DNA of 61,021 nt, from the NCBI GenBank assembly GCA_934101275.1, contig CAKOQM010000002.1:1-61021 (forward strand). The letters run 5' to 3'. This DNA is from an uncultured Bacilli bacterium (GTDB lineage Bacteria > Bacillota_I > Bacilli_A > RF39 > UBA660). Shown piece after piece: positions 58,386 to 61,021 of this stretch. Each line of letters starts with the position of its first letter. Positions within the stretch are counted from its first letter, which is position 1. A model generated the notes under the pieces. The model saw only the letters and a list, made by a program, of their open reading frames with translations, did not search any database and was not told the DNA's origin. Made by a program: the position numbers and the translations under genes.

Positions 58386-59774
58386 TTACATTCCTATATC
58401 AAAATCATCTTCTTGTTCTTTTTTTTCTTCAATTTCAACTTTCTTGATAATTGGTTTCATATGAATTTTATTATAATCATTAGTTGATAAGAAATCTTTA
58501 TTTCTTAAATCATCTACAATATCATTATAAATATCTTTATCTTTATTTCCAAATAGTCCAGATACTTTATTTCTTAAGTAATTAACTAACTTGTCAAATT
58601 TTTCTCTCCATTGTCTTAATTTATCTTCTAAAACCCAATTCTTTTTTTCTAATTCATTTATTTTATGTCTAGCACTTTCTAACAAAGAATCTTTTTCATC
58701 TAATTCTTCTTGTAATTCTTTATTTATATGTTCTAATTTATTTATTCTTCTATGATTATTAGTTAAGTCGTTTTTTATTTCTTTTAAAGATACTTGATAA
58801 GTAGTTAAGGATTTAACATCTTTATTATTTGTTTCTATATCTTCAATATATTTAATTATCTTATCTTTATTTTCATTTGATAAAAGAACATTATTCTTAT
58901 TTAATGGTAGTTGTTTTAAATTATTTATTATTTCTTTAATATCTTTTGATTCTTCATTAAGTTTATCAGTTTTATCATTAACTTTTTTTATCTTCTTTTG
59001 TTGTTTGTAATAATTACTTTTTAAAACCTCATAATTCTTCATTTGATCAGATCTATAATCACGATTTCTTCCAGATTCTTTTTCTTTTAATTCCATATCA
59101 ATATTATAAACTTTATTAAATTTATCAATACAATATTCTCTCATTCTATCTTGTATTTCTACTAATGAATCTTTTGTAAATACATCTGATTTACCAACTT
59201 GTTTTGATAAACCTGTTTTGCAATTATCTTTAAAAGGAACTCCAACAATATGCATATGTGGTGAATGCTCATCAAAGTGAATTGTAGCATTAGCTACTTT
59301 AAAAGTAGGAACTAACTTTTCTAAATCATTTACTTGCGATTTAAATACATCCACCATTTTATATTTTTCTTCTTTTGTTTTATCTTCCCAATAAAACATA
59401 TCTCCAAGTTCAATAATTATTTCAACAGCTAGATCATGTTTATTATCATTTGCTATTTTATTAAAATAACTATCTATTTTTCTATCATCACGAGTTTGCT
59501 TATTATTATAATTAATTCGTGCTTCATCAAATAATTCAATATATAAATCTTTTGTATCCTGAACTATATCATTACTTCCTTTAATAGTATAAATAAGTTC
59601 TTGATTATGTTCATATACTCGTAAGTTATGATGATTTACTTTTGATAATTGTATTCCATTTTGAATAGCATTATTATTAAAATTAGTAGGTTTATCTTTA
59701 GCTAATTGTTTTGCCTTAGTAGTTTTATTTTTATCATTACCAATATGGAATGAATAAGATAGATTTTCGTCCAT
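58386..59774 (-). CDS. mob: MOBV-family (Pre/Mob) relaxase
   Basis: HNLR (motif I) and IHFDEHSPHMHIVGVP (the HxDE...PHxH motif III), followed by a long Lys/Glu coiled-coil tail. The likely start is ATG 59774, after RBS GGGGG; the ORF-track start at 59819 is probably too early. Confidence 0.85.
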   Translation of the reverse strand: MDENLSYSFHIGNDKNKTTKAKQLAKDKPTNFNNNAIQNGIQLSKVNHHNLRVYEHNQELIYTIKGSNDIVQDTKDLYIELFDEARINYNNKQTRDDRKIDSYFNKIANDNKHDLAVEIIIELGDMFYWEDKTKEEKYKMVDVFKSQVNDLEKLVPTFKVANATIHFDEHSPHMHIVGVPFKDNCKTGLSKQVGKSDVFTKDSLVEIQDRMREYCIDKFNKVYNIDMELKEKESGRNRDYRSDQMKNYEVLKSNYYKQQKKIKKVNDKTDKLNEESKDIKEIINNLKQLPLNKNNVLLSNENKDKIIKYIEDIETNNKDVKSLTTYQVSLKEIKNDLTNNHRRINKLEHINKELQEELDEKDSLLESARHKINELEKKNWVLEDKLRQWREKFDKLVNYLRNKVSGLFGNKDKDIYNDIVDDLRNKDFLSTNDYNKIHMKPIIKKVEIEEKKEQEDDFDIGM

Positions 59775-59793
59775 ATATACCCCCTGAAACTGT

Positions 59794-59854
59794 ATCTTGT
59801 AAGCATTGACAAGATTCATAACTCCCTAGACATCTTGTCATTCTAACAAGATGT
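59794..59854. promoter_or_regulatory. candidate oriT: two related hairpins upstream of mob
   Basis: ATCTTGT-N8-ACAAGAT (59794-59815) and ACATCTTGT-N7-ACAAGATGT (59830-59854) share the same core. Confidence 0.4.
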
Positions 59855-60032
59855 GGGAGCTAAGGACACCTTAGAATCCGTTTTATCTTACTTCAGTAAT
59901 AACTAAAACTTCGTAATAGTTAAAACTTTCGTAAGATATTGATACAATAACAAATACTATTTATTATTGTATCTTTTGAACAAACTTTTACCACTTTCAT
60001 GAGTAAACTCACAAAAACGTGTTCGTTTTTTA

Positions 60033-61021
60033 TTAAGCAAATGTTTCTTTGAACATTTCCTTAAGTTCTTTTTTATAATCGATTGCTAGTCCAATAATAA
60101 ATTTCGCATATTCTTCAGTATAGTATTCTTTTACTTTATCTAGATTGATTGTTATTACACCTAGTTTTAATTTATTTTGTTTTAATGCTTTTGTATCTTT
60201 TAAAAGAATTAGTCTTATTATTTCTTCAGTTTCTTCTGCATTAAAACAAGCATCATTTTTTTCACCATCATAATATGTTTCATAGTAATTTAAATCACAA
60301 TCAGTATAATCACTCATATATTTCTTTAACTTTTCAAAATATTTCTTTGCTTTATCTAATGTTCTTTCTTCACTATTCATAACTATATGATTTCCTTTAT
60401 CGTCTGTAAATAAAGCAAGTGATAATGGAGTTTTACATTCTTTATGATATTTAACTTCATCACTTAAATATGAATTTAATATATCAATATTCTTAAATAT
60501 ATAATTATCTCCATTTCTTTCTAATTCAATATTATCAATATAACGAGATATTATCTTTTGTTTTTCTTTTCTTGATAACATAAACCAATTAGACATTAAA
60601 TTTAAATAATTACTAGGATTAGTCATTAAATCTATTTTTTGTTTATCTTCAAATATTATTAAATCATCTACTGTGAATGATAAACTTTCATATTGTTTTT
60701 GTTCTTTAATCATTTTTTCTAATTCTAGTTTTCTATAATCAATATGTTTTATCTCTTTATCAAAGTCTTCTAATTTCATTACATCTTTTATATATGCAGT
60801 TTTTATCCTATCCATCTGTTTATCTAATTCTTTTAATTCATTCGTATAATCCTTTGTATGATTATCTAATTTTGATTTAATAAATGGTGTATAGTAATCA
60901 TTTAATAGTTCTTCTTGTCTTTGTAATAATATCCAAGCATCTAGTAATAAATCTTCTATTTTTTCTTCACTATAATATGTTTTACAATGTTCACATTTAT
61001 AGTAATAATATTTTTTACCAC
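60033..61021 (-). CDS. C-terminal part of a probable large serine recombinase (5' end lies beyond the window)
   Basis: The frame stays open to the window edge. It reads GKKYYYYKCEHCKTYYSEEKIEDLL... (zinc-ribbon-like Y-x-C-x-x-C), followed by a coiled coil (...NELKELDKQMDRIKTAYIKDVMKLEDFDKEI...). The catalytic domain is not in the window. Confidence 0.5.
   Translation of the reverse strand, partial: GKKYYYYKCEHCKTYYSEEKIEDLLLDAWILLQRQEELLNDYYTPFIKSKLDNHTKDYTNELKELDKQMDRIKTAYIKDVMKLEDFDKEIKHIDYRKLELEKMIKEQKQYESLSFTVDDLIIFEDKQKIDLMTNPSNYLNLMSNWFMLSRKEKQKIISRYIDNIELERNGDNYIFKNIDILNSYLSDEVKYHKECKTPLSLALFTDDKGNHIVMNSEERTLDKAKKYFEKLKKYMSDYTDCDLNYYETYYDGEKNDACFNAEETEEIIRLILLKDTKALKQNKLKLGVITINLDKVKEYYTEEYAKFIIGLAIDYKKELKEMFKETFA

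Larger units (their letters stand above)
57452..61021 (-). mobile_element. left part of an integrated mobilisable element (recombinase, oriT, MOBV relaxase, cargo); the left boundary is approximate
   Basis: All genes are co-oriented, a relaxase and a recombinase are present, and a long non-coding junction adjoins the core gene fhs. The right end lies outside the window. Confidence 0.5.

Overview
This is a visibly AT-rich, Bacillota-type chromosomal segment using the standard genetic code: UGA acts as a stop and as the prfB frameshift codon. I cannot name the species from sequence alone.

Contents, left to right:
- End of rplL, then three small membrane proteins where rpoB/rpoC would normally sit.
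- The str operon: rpsL, rpsG, fusA, tuf.
- A FemAB-family transferase, gmk and a DUF308-like membrane protein.
- A convergent addA/addB pair.
- A large membrane-anchored surface protein.
- A complete type II-A CRISPR-Cas9 locus. It has an antisense tracrRNA, cas9, cas1, cas2, csn2, a 72-nt leader and a 29-repeat array carrying an internal 8-spacer duplication.
- An AAA/DUF4143 ATPase operon.
- prfB (programmed +1 frameshift), a YitT-family protein, tilS and ftsH.
- A roughly 7-kb accessory or defence island. It holds a stand-alone Abi/UG-type reverse transcriptase, a truncated IS1595-type transposase fused back-to-back to a truncated ImmA/IrrE gene, a MazG-like pyrophosphohydrolase, a DUF2075/Nhi-like nuclease-helicase, and a 523-aa ORFan.
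- An origin-type core block: parA, parB, mscS-like, DUF951, an AbgT transporter and ychF.
- Assorted membrane proteins, a radical-SAM protein, a CotF-like protein and LemA.
- A variable surface-protein cluster. It has a G10 tract that puts one gene out of frame, a frameshifted paralogue, and a thioester (TQxA) adhesin with a dedicated sortase.
- fhs.
- The left part of a mobilisable element: a cargo ORF, a MOBV relaxase, oriT-like hairpins, and the 3' part of a probable serine recombinase that runs off the window.

The best candidates for an undescribed system are the RT with its upstream non-coding region (32163-33867) and the MazG / Nhi-like / 523-aa triad (35017-38893). All family assignments come from motif recognition by eye; no database search was run.
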